60,601 bases of DNA from Candidatus Hermodarchaeum yapensis (GCA_016840405.1 JAEOSK010000016.1:1-60601); one strand, 5' to 3'; positions 1 through 10,442 are shown, counted from the stretch's first letter. Numbers and translations: made by a program. The notes: generated by a model not told the origin, from the sequence alone.

Positions 1-384
1 GCACCAGCCCCCGCACCTGTTCCAGCTCCTGCCCCCGCAACTGCACCTGCCCCAACACCTGCCCCAGCCGCTGCCCCAGCACCGGAGCCACGGCGACCCT
101 CTGACGTCCCCGACACACGAGTTGCCACTGTGATTGAGGCACAGGAGAACATTATCAATGATTTGAAAGGTCGACAACGCGTGCAACGCGAATACCTGAA
201 GCCCTTAATCGAACAAGCTCGAGACACCGCGATGAATAATCTAAGCAGCCGTGCGAAAGCTGCCGGCGTGTTCAAGGAATTAATTGCTCTGTTGAAATCC
301 AGTCCTTCAGATCTACCTCCCGATACCGTTGCGACAGTAATAGCGAAACTTGAAGATCTGGTTATGCATATCCGTACGATGTAG
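1..384 (+). CDS. 3' part of a hypothetical protein with a Pro/Ala-rich linker and helical C-terminal domain (runs off the window)
   Basis: Frame 1 is open from base 1 (APAPAPVPAPAPATAPAPTPAPAAAPAPEP...) into the listed 130..384 ORF. Confidence 0.75.
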   Translation, partial: APAPAPVPAPAPATAPAPTPAPAAAPAPEPRRPSDVPDTRVATVIEAQENIINDLKGRQRVQREYLKPLIEQARDTAMNNLSSRAKAAGVFKELIALLKSSPSDLPPDTVATVIAKLEDLVMHIRTM

Positions 385-492
385 TGCAGCCTAATCATCT
401 TTCACTTTGTGCAGAATTGTCACTCTTGTGAGCGGAGCTACCGTTTAATAGCAGAAACACCTTATCCGAGTAGAGGAATTAGAGAGTGATCT

Positions 493-1314
493 ATGATGAC
501 TGAATCGAAGGCAAATTCAACTGTATCAGAGAAAGTTGAATCACGTGGTAAATCAATGGCAACGAATCAGTTGGTCGAATTGATTCGAATGCGCCGAAGC
601 ATTCGCCGAATGACCGGTGAACGACTGCCAGATGAGGATTTAGAATTGATACTGGATGCAGCTCGATATGCTCCATCACCTGAAAATATGCAGATGTGGC
701 GGTATGTGGTCATTCGAGATGATCAGGAGATGAAACGGATTATCGCAGACATCAGTCAGGAAGCAGCCCGGTATGTCTTTGGGAATTTTCCGTACGAGGC
801 GACTCAAGGACGTTTATGGTACTTACCAGACGCAAGTCGCCCATCAATATATGAAGATATACGAGACGGGTCCCTGTTCCGCTATCCTGAGAAAGCGGAT
901 GCAGTCATAGTTTGTTGCGCCTCGGAAACTTGGCACGACAGCACAGCGATGTATCCCAATGAATTGTGCGGTAGCGTCGTCGTAGCGATGGGGGTCCTGA
1001 ATATGTGGTTGGTCGCACACTCAATGGGTTATGCGTGTGCTTACCAAGTAGTGCCTTTTGTAGATAAACGCCACGTAGAGTTCATCTGTGATAAGATAGG
1101 GATTCCTCGCACCTGGACTCCAATCGCCGCCTTTTGTATTGGTATTCCTGAAAAACCACGGATGCTCGGACCATCCCGGTGGCCGCTTGAAGGTAGTTTC
1201 TATGCAGAACGATGGGGTATTCCGTATCAACGGCTTGCATTTCGAAATCAAAAAGCCAAGAAATCTAAACAAAAACCGAAGACAAAACGAAAAAAGAGGA
1301 AGGTTCAGAGGTGA
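493..1314 (+). CDS. nitroreductase family protein
   Basis: RRSIRR, ILDAARYAPSPENMQMWRYVVI, NMWLVAHSMGY motifs; Lys/Arg-rich C-terminal tail. Confidence 0.9.
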   Translation: MMTESKANSTVSEKVESRGKSMATNQLVELIRMRRSIRRMTGERLPDEDLELILDAARYAPSPENMQMWRYVVIRDDQEMKRIIADISQEAARYVFGNFPYEATQGRLWYLPDASRPSIYEDIRDGSLFRYPEKADAVIVCCASETWHDSTAMYPNELCGSVVVAMGVLNMWLVAHSMGYACAYQVVPFVDKRHVEFICDKIGIPRTWTPIAAFCIGIPEKPRMLGPSRWPLEGSFYAERWGIPYQRLAFRNQKAKKSKQKPKTKRKKRKVQR

Positions 1315-1598
1315 AAAGCGCTATGAAACTGGAATTACCAGAAGATGTTCGCAAGGGATTGGTACAGAAAGCCAAAGACGCAAATATCAGCGTTGAAGCT
1401 GCAGCACGCCTCATATTGGGAGAGTTCGTTCGGGTTTACGGTAGTTGCATCTATGCAGGTACTTGGCGGCGTGGAGACAAAGCAGGGAATAAAGGTATGC
1501 GGTATGTCGTGGATTGGCCATTTCAACCGGGTTTTGCTAAAATTCCAGGAGATCAATCCATCGACTTAGGAAAGGACAAAACTCCTCAAGGAGGATAG
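1311..1598 (+). CDS. small protein with N-terminal ribbon-helix-helix-like segment
   Basis: MKLELPEDVRKGLVQKAKDANISVEAAARLIL pattern; overlaps upstream stop; ATG at 1323 after GAGGTGA is the likelier start. Confidence 0.6.
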   Translation: MKSAMKLELPEDVRKGLVQKAKDANISVEAAARLILGEFVRVYGSCIYAGTWRRGDKAGNKGMRYVVDWPFQPGFAKIPGDQSIDLGKDKTPQGG

Positions 1599-1601
1599 GT
1601 T

Positions 1602-1874
1602 ATGCCACGATACAAAAAAGCTTCAGATGGTGAATGGCCAGGGTATCCACACTTACGGATTAACGATATTGAAACTCTAACGATTCATCAGAACAAGTAC
1701 GTTGCCAAAGCCATGGTGAACAACCGGAAGGGTCGTGTTGTTCTATTAATGGACGAGGAACTCTACAACGAATTTCTGACCAAGGTTCAGGAACGAAAAG
1801 GTGACAAAAGTGCACGCCATGTCAATGCCGCAGTGCTTGATGCCGTACAAGATTGGATGAAACAGAAGAAATGA
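1602..1874 (+). CDS. small protein with C-terminal ribbon-helix-helix-like segment
   Basis: VLLMDEELYNEFLTKV...HVNAAVLDAVQDWM; GGAGG SD upstream. Confidence 0.6.
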   Translation: MPRYKKASDGEWPGYPHLRINDIETLTIHQNKYVAKAMVNNRKGRVVLLMDEELYNEFLTKVQERKGDKSARHVNAAVLDAVQDWMKQKK

Positions 1875-1882
1875 CCTAAAAG

Positions 1883-2254
1883 GTGACCATGTTGCCAAAT
1901 CAGATTGCTCAACTATTTGAGACAATGATTCAACAGGTGAATGATACACCTGAACACCGCGAGTTTGTCCGCAATTGGGTAGGACCCTATCAAGGGAAAG
2001 TACTTCAAGTAGAAACTGATGATGACACATTCCACATTTTATTGCACCGCAAGGGAACCATGGAGCTTCAAATTGGTTCCTACCCTTCTCCAGAAGTGAT
2101 TTACAAAGCCTCGACTGAGACCTTGATGAGTCTGTTTACTGGTCAAACCACGTTTCGTGATTTAATTAAACGATGGGAGCTCATAATCATCGGAGCAGGA
2201 CATGAATCCCTGCCCCTTGGTCAGCTCATGATGCGTGTCCTTCGAACTCGTTGA
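1883..2254 (+). CDS. SCP2 sterol-carrier-like domain protein
   Basis: PSPEVIYKASTETLMSLFTGQ...LIIIG pattern typical of SCP2; AGGTGA SD before ATG 1889. Confidence 0.65.
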   Translation: MTMLPNQIAQLFETMIQQVNDTPEHREFVRNWVGPYQGKVLQVETDDDTFHILLHRKGTMELQIGSYPSPEVIYKASTETLMSLFTGQTTFRDLIKRWELIIIGAGHESLPLGQLMMRVLRTR

Positions 2255-2314
2255 GGATTTGAAGACTCAAAGGCGAGAGGTCTAAAGCTAAAAGGATGCG
2301 ATTACGAGCTATGG

Positions 2315-3328
2315 ATGGTTATGGTTTTGTCTGAGCGAAAACGACCGCCTGCGAATCTGACGGCTGAAGACTGGTTTAATTTGGGTATTGCATTGGGTGA
2401 GCAGGGAAAATTAGAGGAAGCCTTAGAAGCGTTTTCGGTCACCACGGAACTCCGACCACGCGACGCAGCAGTGTGGTTTAATAGGGGACTAGTTCTCGAC
2501 CAGCTTGGTCGGATTAATGAGGCACTCGAATGCTACCAGAAGGCCACAGAGTTGGATCCGAGTTATATTGAAGCGTGGAATAACCTTGGAGCAGCTTACA
2601 AAGAACTGAATCGCTTTGAGGATGCCCTTCACAGTTTCACTCAAGCCACGCGAGTCTTCACTGCCAACCCGCAGGATTATGCTGATGCCTGGTATAACCG
2701 TGGATTAGTGTTACATGAACTTGGCCTCCACCAAGAAGCTCTTGAATGTCTTATTGAAACAGTCACCGTCAATCCCCGAGATGCAAAAGGATGGTACTAC
2801 CGAGGCAGTCTACACGAACAACTTGCCCAATGGGATGACGCAATCACTTGTTACAAGCGTGCAACTAAGCTTGCGCCCACCTATCTTGACGCTTGGATTG
2901 ATATGGGTGAATTGTTGGGTAACATCAACCGAGTTGACGAGGCCATCAAAGCCTTTGATAAAGCTTTAAAATTAGATTCAAAGAATGCTCGGGTCTGGTA
3001 CGATAAAGGTGTAGCACTCGGATTAATCGGAAAACATGCTAGTGCTGTAAACGCGTACCGCAAGGCAACAGTATTGAACCCTAACGATGAAAGATCATTA
3101 TTTAACTTGGCGAACACTTTAGCTCGTGATTTGAAGGAATATGAGCCTGCCCTTGAAATCGTCAACACATTACTGCAAATCAATCCCGAACACACTAATG
3201 GATTATACCTTCGAGGTCGTATCCTTATCGAACTCAACCGAAATAAAGAAGCCAACGAGTGTTTTAAGAAAGTCCTAACACTTGACCCTGATTACCCATA
3301 CCTTAAAGAAGAGAAGAACTCCGAATAG
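2315..3328 (+). CDS. tetratricopeptide repeat protein
   Basis: About nine 34-aa repeats (AWNNLG...EAL...A..L.P). Confidence 0.95.
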   Translation: MVMVLSERKRPPANLTAEDWFNLGIALGEQGKLEEALEAFSVTTELRPRDAAVWFNRGLVLDQLGRINEALECYQKATELDPSYIEAWNNLGAAYKELNRFEDALHSFTQATRVFTANPQDYADAWYNRGLVLHELGLHQEALECLIETVTVNPRDAKGWYYRGSLHEQLAQWDDAITCYKRATKLAPTYLDAWIDMGELLGNINRVDEAIKAFDKALKLDSKNARVWYDKGVALGLIGKHASAVNAYRKATVLNPNDERSLFNLANTLARDLKEYEPALEIVNTLLQINPEHTNGLYLRGRILIELNRNKEANECFKKVLTLDPDYPYLKEEKNSE

Positions 3329-3355
3329 AAGAGTCAGACTAAAGGTGCACGGCCA

Positions 3356-4321
3356 ATGCAAAATCCTAGTTTGACCGACGTGTTAGTAGCCCAACAACGA
3401 ATCAAACCGTATCTGAAACCCACACCATTGCACAGTTACCCTGCCATCAATGATCTGATTGGAGCTCATGTATTCATCAAGCACGAAAATGTCCAACCAG
3501 TGGGAGCCTTCAAAGTCAGAGGAGGCATCAACCTCATATCTCAACTATCGGAGGACGAAAAACGACGAGGGGTGATTACCGCTTCAACTGGGAACCATGG
3601 ACAGTCTGTGGCTTACGCCTCACGCATCTTTGGAGTAGAAGCCAGGGTTGTGGTGCCTGAAGGGGCAAATCCAGGAAAAGTAGCCGCGATGAAGGCGATG
3701 GGCGCAGAAATCATCGTTCACGGTAAGAATTTCGATGAATCACGCGTCCATTGTGAACAATTGGCAGAGAAACACAACTATCGGTATATCCACTCAGGGA
3801 ATGAACCCCACCTAATTGCAGGCGTGGGTACGATAACATTAGAAATATTGCAGGAACAACCTGAAATCCAGACAATAATCGTCCCCCTTGGGGGCGGGAG
3901 TGGAGCATCAGGAGCTAGCATTGTAGCAAAGGCTTTGTCTCCACCCACTCAGGTCCTAGCCGTTCAATCTAGTGCGTCCCAAGCAGCTTACCAATCCTGG
4001 AAACAAAAGAAACTTGTTGAATCTCCTAATCAAACATTTGCTGAAGGGTTAGCCACCGGAACCGCGTTTAAACTTCCGCAATCAATTTTAGGGAAGCTGT
4101 TAGATGATTTTATTCTCGTGAGTGATGACGAAATTTTACAGGCGATGGTGTGGATGCTTGAGAAGGCTCATACGCTAGTAGAAGGAGCCGGAGCTGCCCC
4201 ATTGGCTGCAGCATACAAACTTCGACGAAAACTCCAAAACCAGAGAGTGGCCTTGATTTGTTCTGGTGGAAACGCCTCCCTCAAAAATCTAAAAATGGCC
4301 CTTAATTCGATCAAAGATTGA
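3356..4321 (+). CDS. PLP-dependent threonine/serine dehydratase family
   Basis: KHENVQPVGAFKVRG, ASTGNHG, PLGGGSG, EGAGAA, CSGGN. Confidence 0.93.
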   Translation: MQNPSLTDVLVAQQRIKPYLKPTPLHSYPAINDLIGAHVFIKHENVQPVGAFKVRGGINLISQLSEDEKRRGVITASTGNHGQSVAYASRIFGVEARVVVPEGANPGKVAAMKAMGAEIIVHGKNFDESRVHCEQLAEKHNYRYIHSGNEPHLIAGVGTITLEILQEQPEIQTIIVPLGGGSGASGASIVAKALSPPTQVLAVQSSASQAAYQSWKQKKLVESPNQTFAEGLATGTAFKLPQSILGKLLDDFILVSDDEILQAMVWMLEKAHTLVEGAGAAPLAAAYKLRRKLQNQRVALICSGGNASLKNLKMALNSIKD

Positions 4322-4517
4322 TCGTTATTCTAGGCTTAAGTATAAAGGTTTGAATTCACCCTACAAAATAATAGAGGGATATAGAAACCTGGTGTGGGTC
4401 AGTTACCGTAATTACAGTCGAACCAACGACATTTATCTGAACTAATGACACTTAGTCACACTTAGGGTCCTATGTCTCCCAATGTACACCCTCGGAAAAT
4501 ACAAGTGGTGAAACAAT

Positions 4518-5480
4518 ATGAGTGAAACTTCATTAAATGACAAGCAACAGAAGAAAATGTACGAGTATTCGGGTTCTCCAGCCCCGTTAGTGACATTCCT
4601 CGCTTTAGGAATAATCTGCATATTCCTGGCAGTATTTGGAGGGTCACTCCTTACACCGTTCTTCGGATTCTTTGGAATATTTATTGCACCAATATTGTTT
4701 GGATTTCTTGCAATCTTGTTCTTCGGTTTAGTTCCGTTCACTGTGGCCGTCAATAAGCAATGGCAGGAGGCGATTATTCTCCGCTTTGGGCGATTCATCC
4801 GATTAGTTGGTCCTGGCATCTTCTATAAATGGCCGTGGATTGAGCGGTTCCTTCGACAGGACATTCGTATTCAAACACTCGATGTGATGAAGCAAGAGGT
4901 TATGACTCGAGATAACATCAGCCTCATGGTCGACGCTGTTGTCTTCTTGAAAATCATCAACACCCCGAAGAGCCTTATTAACATCCTCAATGTGAAATTA
5001 AGCACAGTCCAGTACTCACAAACAACAATGCGTGATGTCATCGGAAACGTCGAGCTCGATGAGCTACTTGCCCAACGCGATCAAATCGCTGACCGCATCA
5101 AAACCATCGTGGACAAAGAAACAGAAGAATGGGGCGTTGACATCCTAAGTGTCAACCTCCAAAACATTGAACTTCCTGACGACATGAAGCGCGTCATTGC
5201 CCGTCAAGCTGAAGCCGAACGAGAACGCCGAGCAGTCATCATCAAAAGCGAAGGGGAACTCGTTGCGGCTAAAAACCTTGAAGAAGCCGTCCGACAAATG
5301 AGTACCCAAGCCCTTTACCTACGAACCCTTTCGAGTCTAGAAGACATAAGTTTCGATCAAAGTAATACCATTGTCTTCGCAATTCCCCTGGACATGGTGG
5401 GCGGTCAGATCATGGGGCTTGCAGGATTAGTAGGTGCGAATCAACCGCCTGTTGTGCGTGAAGTTCGTAAAAAGAAGTAA
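4518..5480 (+). CDS. SPFH/band-7 (stomatin-like) membrane protein
   Basis: N-terminal TM segments; QEVMTRDN, QTTMRDVIG, ARQAEAERERRA. Confidence 0.93.
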   Translation: MSETSLNDKQQKKMYEYSGSPAPLVTFLALGIICIFLAVFGGSLLTPFFGFFGIFIAPILFGFLAILFFGLVPFTVAVNKQWQEAIILRFGRFIRLVGPGIFYKWPWIERFLRQDIRIQTLDVMKQEVMTRDNISLMVDAVVFLKIINTPKSLINILNVKLSTVQYSQTTMRDVIGNVELDELLAQRDQIADRIKTIVDKETEEWGVDILSVNLQNIELPDDMKRVIARQAEAERERRAVIIKSEGELVAAKNLEEAVRQMSTQALYLRTLSSLEDISFDQSNTIVFAIPLDMVGGQIMGLAGLVGANQPPVVREVRKKK

Positions 5481-5514
5481 ACCGAGTGACCTTGAGATAT
5501 CCTGAATACATCAA

Positions 5515-5594
5515 GAATCGACAGGGATTTTGTCCCATGTCGATTCCACACCTTTTTTATCACCTTCAAAGAAGTGCTTGCAATGCTTCTTTGA
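5515..5594. terminator. paired hairpins between convergent genes (putative terminators)
   Basis: gaatcgacaggga/tcccatgtcgattc (5515-5546) followed by a T-run; tcaaagaagt/gcttctttga (5566-5594). Confidence 0.55.
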
Positions 5595-5605
5595 TTTGAG
5601 GACGG

Positions 5606-6886
5606 TTATTTTTTCGATTTAGATTTACTCCAAAAATCAGGCACTTTTCCTTCCCTAGGACCCCAAGGATCGGGATAATCTTTTCCGGAATAGCTTAGAC
5701 GGAAGCCTGTGTCCAGTTCTGTTACTTGGGTTTCTTTGAGAATGGCTTGTCCAGCGACCAACCGTTGGATTTGGTTTGTGCCTTCATAGATTTGGGTGAG
5801 TTTGGCGCCGCGCATCATTTGTTCGGCGGGGTATTCTTTGGCATAACCGTAGCCGCCCATGATTTGGATGCAGTCAAGAGTGTTTTGCATGGCAGCATCG
5901 GTGGCGAAAAACTTGGCGCAGCTGGATTCTTTGGTGTTACGTTGCCCCTGATCGACAAGCCAAGCAGAGTAACGCGTAGCCCAACGAGCGTGCATGGCTC
6001 TGGATTCCATATCTGCGAGCATGAAACTGATACCTTGGTAGGCTCCAATGGGCTTACCAAACTGTCTGCGGTGATTAGCGAAAATGGCGGCTTCATGGAC
6101 AGCGCGTTGAGCGATACCTACGCCAAGAGCTGCGATGCCTGCTCGAGTGCGGTCGAGGGTTTGCATGGCGTACTTGAACCCTTTGCCAACTTCGCCGAAA
6201 AGGCAATCATCCGGGATGCGGACATCTTTGAATTCGATTTCAGCTTGAAAGGATGCGCGTTGGCCTAATTTGTCCTCAAGCATGGTCACTTCAATTCCAG
6301 GTAATTCTTTGTCCACTAGGTGAAGGGCCATTCCCTTGTAACCTTTGGTTGGATCGACAGTGGTGAAGACTGTGAGAAATTTCGCGATATGGCCGTTAGT
6401 GCTGAAGCATTTTCGACCATTTATGACCCATTCATCACCATCTTTGGTAGCAAGTGTTTTTACTGCTGCAGCATCTGATCCGGCTTCACGTTCAGTTAGA
6501 CAGAAAGCGGCGAATTGAGGTTCTTTGCCCGTGGCAAAAGGTTTGATGTATTTTTCCATTTGTTCTGGCGTCGCAGTAATCAAAAGAGGTGTTAGTGCTA
6601 AGTTATTTGCCATGAATGTAGTGGCAACACCACCATCACCATAACCAAAAGCTTCGCCAATGAGGGTTTCGTCAACCATTGAATGCCCAGGTCCACTGTA
6701 TTTTGTTGGAACGTGGCTGTTCATAAGTCCAGCATCAAAAGCTAATTGTGCGAGTTTCCATGGAAATTCGTCAGCTTCTTCAAGCTCCCGAGCATAAGGA
6801 ACAATATACTTCTTGGAAAACTCCATGGCTGTGTCAAAGATTTTTTGTTCTTGTTTGGAAAGAGCAAAATCCACCATTAAATTCAA
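5606..6886 (-). CDS. acyl-CoA dehydrogenase
   Basis: FCLTEREAGSD, INGRKCFSTNG, RRQFGKPIG, GGYGY, IYEGTNQIQR. Confidence 0.96.
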   Translation of the reverse strand: MNLMVDFALSKQEQKIFDTAMEFSKKYIVPYARELEEADEFPWKLAQLAFDAGLMNSHVPTKYSGPGHSMVDETLIGEAFGYGDGGVATTFMANNLALTPLLITATPEQMEKYIKPFATGKEPQFAAFCLTEREAGSDAAAVKTLATKDGDEWVINGRKCFSTNGHIAKFLTVFTTVDPTKGYKGMALHLVDKELPGIEVTMLEDKLGQRASFQAEIEFKDVRIPDDCLFGEVGKGFKYAMQTLDRTRAGIAALGVGIAQRAVHEAAIFANHRRQFGKPIGAYQGISFMLADMESRAMHARWATRYSAWLVDQGQRNTKESSCAKFFATDAAMQNTLDCIQIMGGYGYAKEYPAEQMMRGAKLTQIYEGTNQIQRLVAGQAILKETQVTELDTGFRLSYSGKDYPDPWGPREGKVPDFWSKSKSKK

Positions 6887-6996
6887 CCTCGCTTCGAGTG
6901 GGGCGACTAGTTATTAATCCCGCTTAAAAGTGTGCGGTTCGCTCGACACAAAACTTTGCTATACAGTAGTCAGACCGGATTGCCACGGAGTATATC

Positions 6997-7004
6997 TTTA
7001 TATA
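6997..7004 (+). promoter_or_regulatory. TATA box upstream of structured RNA copy 1
   Basis: TTTATATA. Confidence 0.45.
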
Positions 7005-7062
7005 TCGCTGGCTATCAAGTTTACAATGGACCGGGCTTAGGGTCATTCAACTTGACTGAGTG

Positions 7063-7172
7063 GTCACTGTAGCGGCGAGAAGTATTGGCACCTCTCTCCC
7101 CCCTAGAAAACCATTCCCTCTCCGATGTTTTCATTTTACCAGAGGTGTCTAATCCGCCAATGCTCCAGTGGC
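7063..7172 (+). ncRNA. candidate structured ncRNA, copy 1 of a dispersed two-copy element
   Basis: Long imperfect hairpin; 28-nt loop ctcccccctagaaaaccattccctctcc (7096-7123) identical to 35125-35152; stems covary between copies. Confidence 0.65.
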
Positions 7173-7292
7173 AATACACTAGTATTCTCCACATATCTTC
7201 TGGATGAAATTTTTTTTCTTGCATAGTGAGTAACTTTAAGTAACGGGGCTTTGAGCATAATTCAAACTAAATTCCTGAAGGAGTTTGGATTA

Positions 7293-7871
7293 ATGGAAAC
7301 TCATGAAGATAAAAGCGGACAAGCATTTCGAAAGTTTCTACGAAGAAATACAAGAATGGCATTAGCCATTACTATAGTACTCGCAGTAGCTGCTATTGTC
7401 GCAGTTTACGTATTTTTCAAAGTTGTAGCTGATGCACAAGTGCTAGGAATCGTGCCAACTACCCTTGGACTATGGTCCGTCGGCACAGTTTTCGTATTTT
7501 GCATCACAGTGGTTATCTGGGAACTTATCTTTGTCGCAATTTGGCTTATTCCAGTAGTAATAGTCATATTCATTCTATGGTACAGAAAACTACCAGAAGA
7601 AGAACGAAAAGAGTACGGTATGTCCCCCAAACGTGGAACCGACCCCCGACGTACCGAAGGCAGTGGGTTCTTTTCATTTTTGGTTAGTGTGGTATGGCTG
7701 ATAATTGTGTGGATCACCGGAAGGTGGACCCTCCCCTTTAATGCATGGACATTCAATGACTTCGTATATACGTGGTTTATCGCATTTCTCTGGATTCTAG
7801 TGCCTGCTTTCATTGCCGGGACAATATTCCTAATCTGGTGGTTGCGAAAAGAGCCAAAAGAAGAATCCTAA
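7293..7871 (+). CDS. hypothetical membrane protein (about 4 TM)
   Basis: Hydrophobic segments; AAGGAG SD before ATG 7293; T-run after the stop. Confidence 0.8.
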   Translation: METHEDKSGQAFRKFLRRNTRMALAITIVLAVAAIVAVYVFFKVVADAQVLGIVPTTLGLWSVGTVFVFCITVVIWELIFVAIWLIPVVIVIFILWYRKLPEEERKEYGMSPKRGTDPRRTEGSGFFSFLVSVVWLIIVWITGRWTLPFNAWTFNDFVYTWFIAFLWILVPAFIAGTIFLIWWLRKEPKEES

Positions 7872-7977
7872 AATTCTCCCCCTTTAGGATTCCTTTTTTC
7901 TTTTTTTGAAATCTAGCCTTAATTTTGGATTTGGCATAAGGGAAGTTGAAGTATAACTGCGAATATTTTCACTAGTA

Positions 7978-10311
7978 CTAATCTCGACTTTCCCATGCAG
8001 CCAGGGGAGGGATGGATCGACGACTTCGTCTGAATGCCCAGATCAGTAGTGCTACGAGGATTAGGACAACTACCGCGATCATGGCGGTCAATAGCCACCA
8101 ATCAAGAGTGGGTGGCCACATGGATGGAAGATTGAATCGGTATATTAGTAGAATTGGTGCTACAATCAGGGCAATCAGGTTTACAACTTTAATCATTGGG
8201 TTCAAGGCGGGACCAGCTGTATCTTTCAGTGGGTCGCCAATTGTGTCCCCGCATACTGCTGCCTTGTGTCGTTCTGAACCTTTTCCTGTACCAGCGGAGA
8301 TATCACAGAATTCATCTTCAATGGTTTTCTTCGCATTATCCCATGCCCCGCCTGCCACTGACATGTAGACAGCGAGGAGTAAGCCGGAGGCAATGAGTCC
8401 TGCTAAGAATCCACCCAATGCCTCAATCTGTAAGAGAAAGCCGATTACAATTGGTGTGATTACAGCTAGGACGGTCAAGCTGATGAGTTCTTTTTGTGCG
8501 GCTGCGGTTGTAATTGAAACCACACGATCATAATGTGGTTTCACTGTGCCTTCCATTACGCCAGGAATCTTGAACTGTTCTCGGACTTCTTCTATAATCT
8601 GTGACGAAGCACGACTGACCGCCCGAATCGCTAATGCAGAGAACAACCAAGGCAAAGCAGCTCCGATTAATAATCCTGCTAAGACAACGGGATTGTTGAT
8701 TTGAATTCCAAATTCCAATGGGTTTGGAATCACCCAGTAAGTTGCCATTCGACTCACATCTACGACGAAACTATAGAACAGGGCACTTGCCGCAATCACC
8801 GCAGAAGCAATGGCGATATTCTTCGTAATCGCTTTCATTGTATTCCCAACCGCATCAAGGTCAGCTAATACTTTCCGAGAAGTCTCAGGCATATCTGCTA
8901 ACTCAGCAATCCCCTGTGCGTTATCGGCAATCGGACCATAACTATCCATTGCCACATTATTTCCTGTGTGCGAAAGCATGCCAATGCCGATAAGGGCAAT
9001 TCCGTAAAGGACAAAATTGGGTGCAATGAGGAATGCAAGGATGAAACTGGCGACAATGACGACGGTAATCCAAACAGCAGCCTCATAACCGGTGCTGATA
9101 CCACTGAGAACTATGGTTGCAGGTCCCCCATGAGATTGTTCAACGATTTCTTCGACAGGTCGGTGGCGGTGACTAGTAAAGTAATTTGTGAGGGGATTAA
9201 AGCTCACTGCAAGGAGAACACCAACGCCCACTAGGATGCCAAGGCGAATGTCATGTGTATACACCCAAGCGAAGATGGTGGAAACAATAATCGTGAAGGC
9301 GCTACTGACTTCATAGCTGTAGAACATTGCTTTTTCCGCTTTTTCGGTGCGCCAGACAGCAACCATAAAGGTTCCGATGATGCTGCTGATAACACCAATA
9401 GCACGCACGACAAGGGGGAAGATGACCCAGAAGATATGGCCAGTAATAGCGTAGAGAGCAACACCCAGGATAAGTGTAGAAACAATCGTGACCTCATAGG
9501 ATTCAAAGATGTCTGCAGCCATTCCTGCACAGTCACCGACGTTGTCACCTACAAGATCCGCAATGACGGCTGCATTGCGGGGATCGTCTTCGGGAAGACC
9601 GGCTTCCACTTTTCCAACGAGGTCAGCGCCGACATCAGCAGCTTTAGTGTAAATACCACCACCAATACGCATGAAGAGAGCGAGAAGCGTCCCACCCAAC
9701 CCAAAGCCAAGAAGGGCGTCAGGGGCGCTGATACCGAAAGCGATGAAAATCATAGTGCCTCCGAGGAGGCCAAGACCATCAGTGAGCATACCCGTGAAGG
9801 TTCCGCCATGGTAGGCAATTTTTAGGGCTTCACGATAGCTGCGTCCAGAGGCAGATGCCACGCGGACGTTGGATTCAATGGCAATTCGCATTCCCAGTTG
9901 TCCCACAGCGAGAGAGGAGAGGGCACCCATGACAAATGCGACAGCTCGCCCAGATGCGATAATGAGAGCAGTGTTATAGAATGCTTGAGGAAAGACTTCA
10001 ACGGCTTCCTCCGTTGGAGGGATAATGTATACGGAGAAGAAGAGGATAAAGGTCAGAAGAAGGATGATAGGAATGATTGTGCGAAGTTGCTTACGGAGAT
10101 AGGCATTAGAACCTTCTTTAACTGCATTCCAGACTTCTTGCATTTTTTTGGTGCCCTTATCATGTTTGAGGACATCACGCCGGAGCCACAAAGCGTAAAT
10201 GAAGCTTATAATGGCAGCGGTGATAACGAAATAAATCATGGCCTGCTCGATGGGGGAGAGGCTGAGGAAAGTGGAGAAGAATCCAGTCATGTAATCACCG
10301 TTGAAGTTCAC
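7978..10311 (-). CDS. hppA: membrane-bound H+-translocating pyrophosphatase (K+-independent type)
   Basis: GGGIYTKAADVGADLVGKVE, DNVGD, GDTIGDPLKDTAGPALN; GNTMKA has Lys at the K+-independence position. Confidence 0.96.
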   Translation of the reverse strand: MNFNGDYMTGFFSTFLSLSPIEQAMIYFVITAAIISFIYALWLRRDVLKHDKGTKKMQEVWNAVKEGSNAYLRKQLRTIIPIILLLTFILFFSVYIIPPTEEAVEVFPQAFYNTALIIASGRAVAFVMGALSSLAVGQLGMRIAIESNVRVASASGRSYREALKIAYHGGTFTGMLTDGLGLLGGTMIFIAFGISAPDALLGFGLGGTLLALFMRIGGGIYTKAADVGADLVGKVEAGLPEDDPRNAAVIADLVGDNVGDCAGMAADIFESYEVTIVSTLILGVALYAITGHIFWVIFPLVVRAIGVISSIIGTFMVAVWRTEKAEKAMFYSYEVSSAFTIIVSTIFAWVYTHDIRLGILVGVGVLLAVSFNPLTNYFTSHRHRPVEEIVEQSHGGPATIVLSGISTGYEAAVWITVVIVASFILAFLIAPNFVLYGIALIGIGMLSHTGNNVAMDSYGPIADNAQGIAELADMPETSRKVLADLDAVGNTMKAITKNIAIASAVIAASALFYSFVVDVSRMATYWVIPNPLEFGIQINNPVVLAGLLIGAALPWLFSALAIRAVSRASSQIIEEVREQFKIPGVMEGTVKPHYDRVVSITTAAAQKELISLTVLAVITPIVIGFLLQIEALGGFLAGLIASGLLLAVYMSVAGGAWDNAKKTIEDEFCDISAGTGKGSERHKAAVCGDTIGDPLKDTAGPALNPMIKVVNLIALIVAPILLIYRFNLPSMWPPTLDWWLLTAMIAVVVLILVALLIWAFRRSRRSIPPLAAWESRD

Positions 10312-10442
10312 GTTTTTTGGGGACTCTTCTTAACGAGTTCTTTTGCCTTATATACTGATTCCGTGTTCAAGAAAGAGGTCTCTGGTATCAATCCTTCGAT
10401 TATACAAACGACTGTAACGCTTATGTACTGGCGCTCATACCT

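Noticed and set aside
1-90. GC-rich quasi-repeat at the window start
   Set aside because: Simply encodes a Pro/Ala linker
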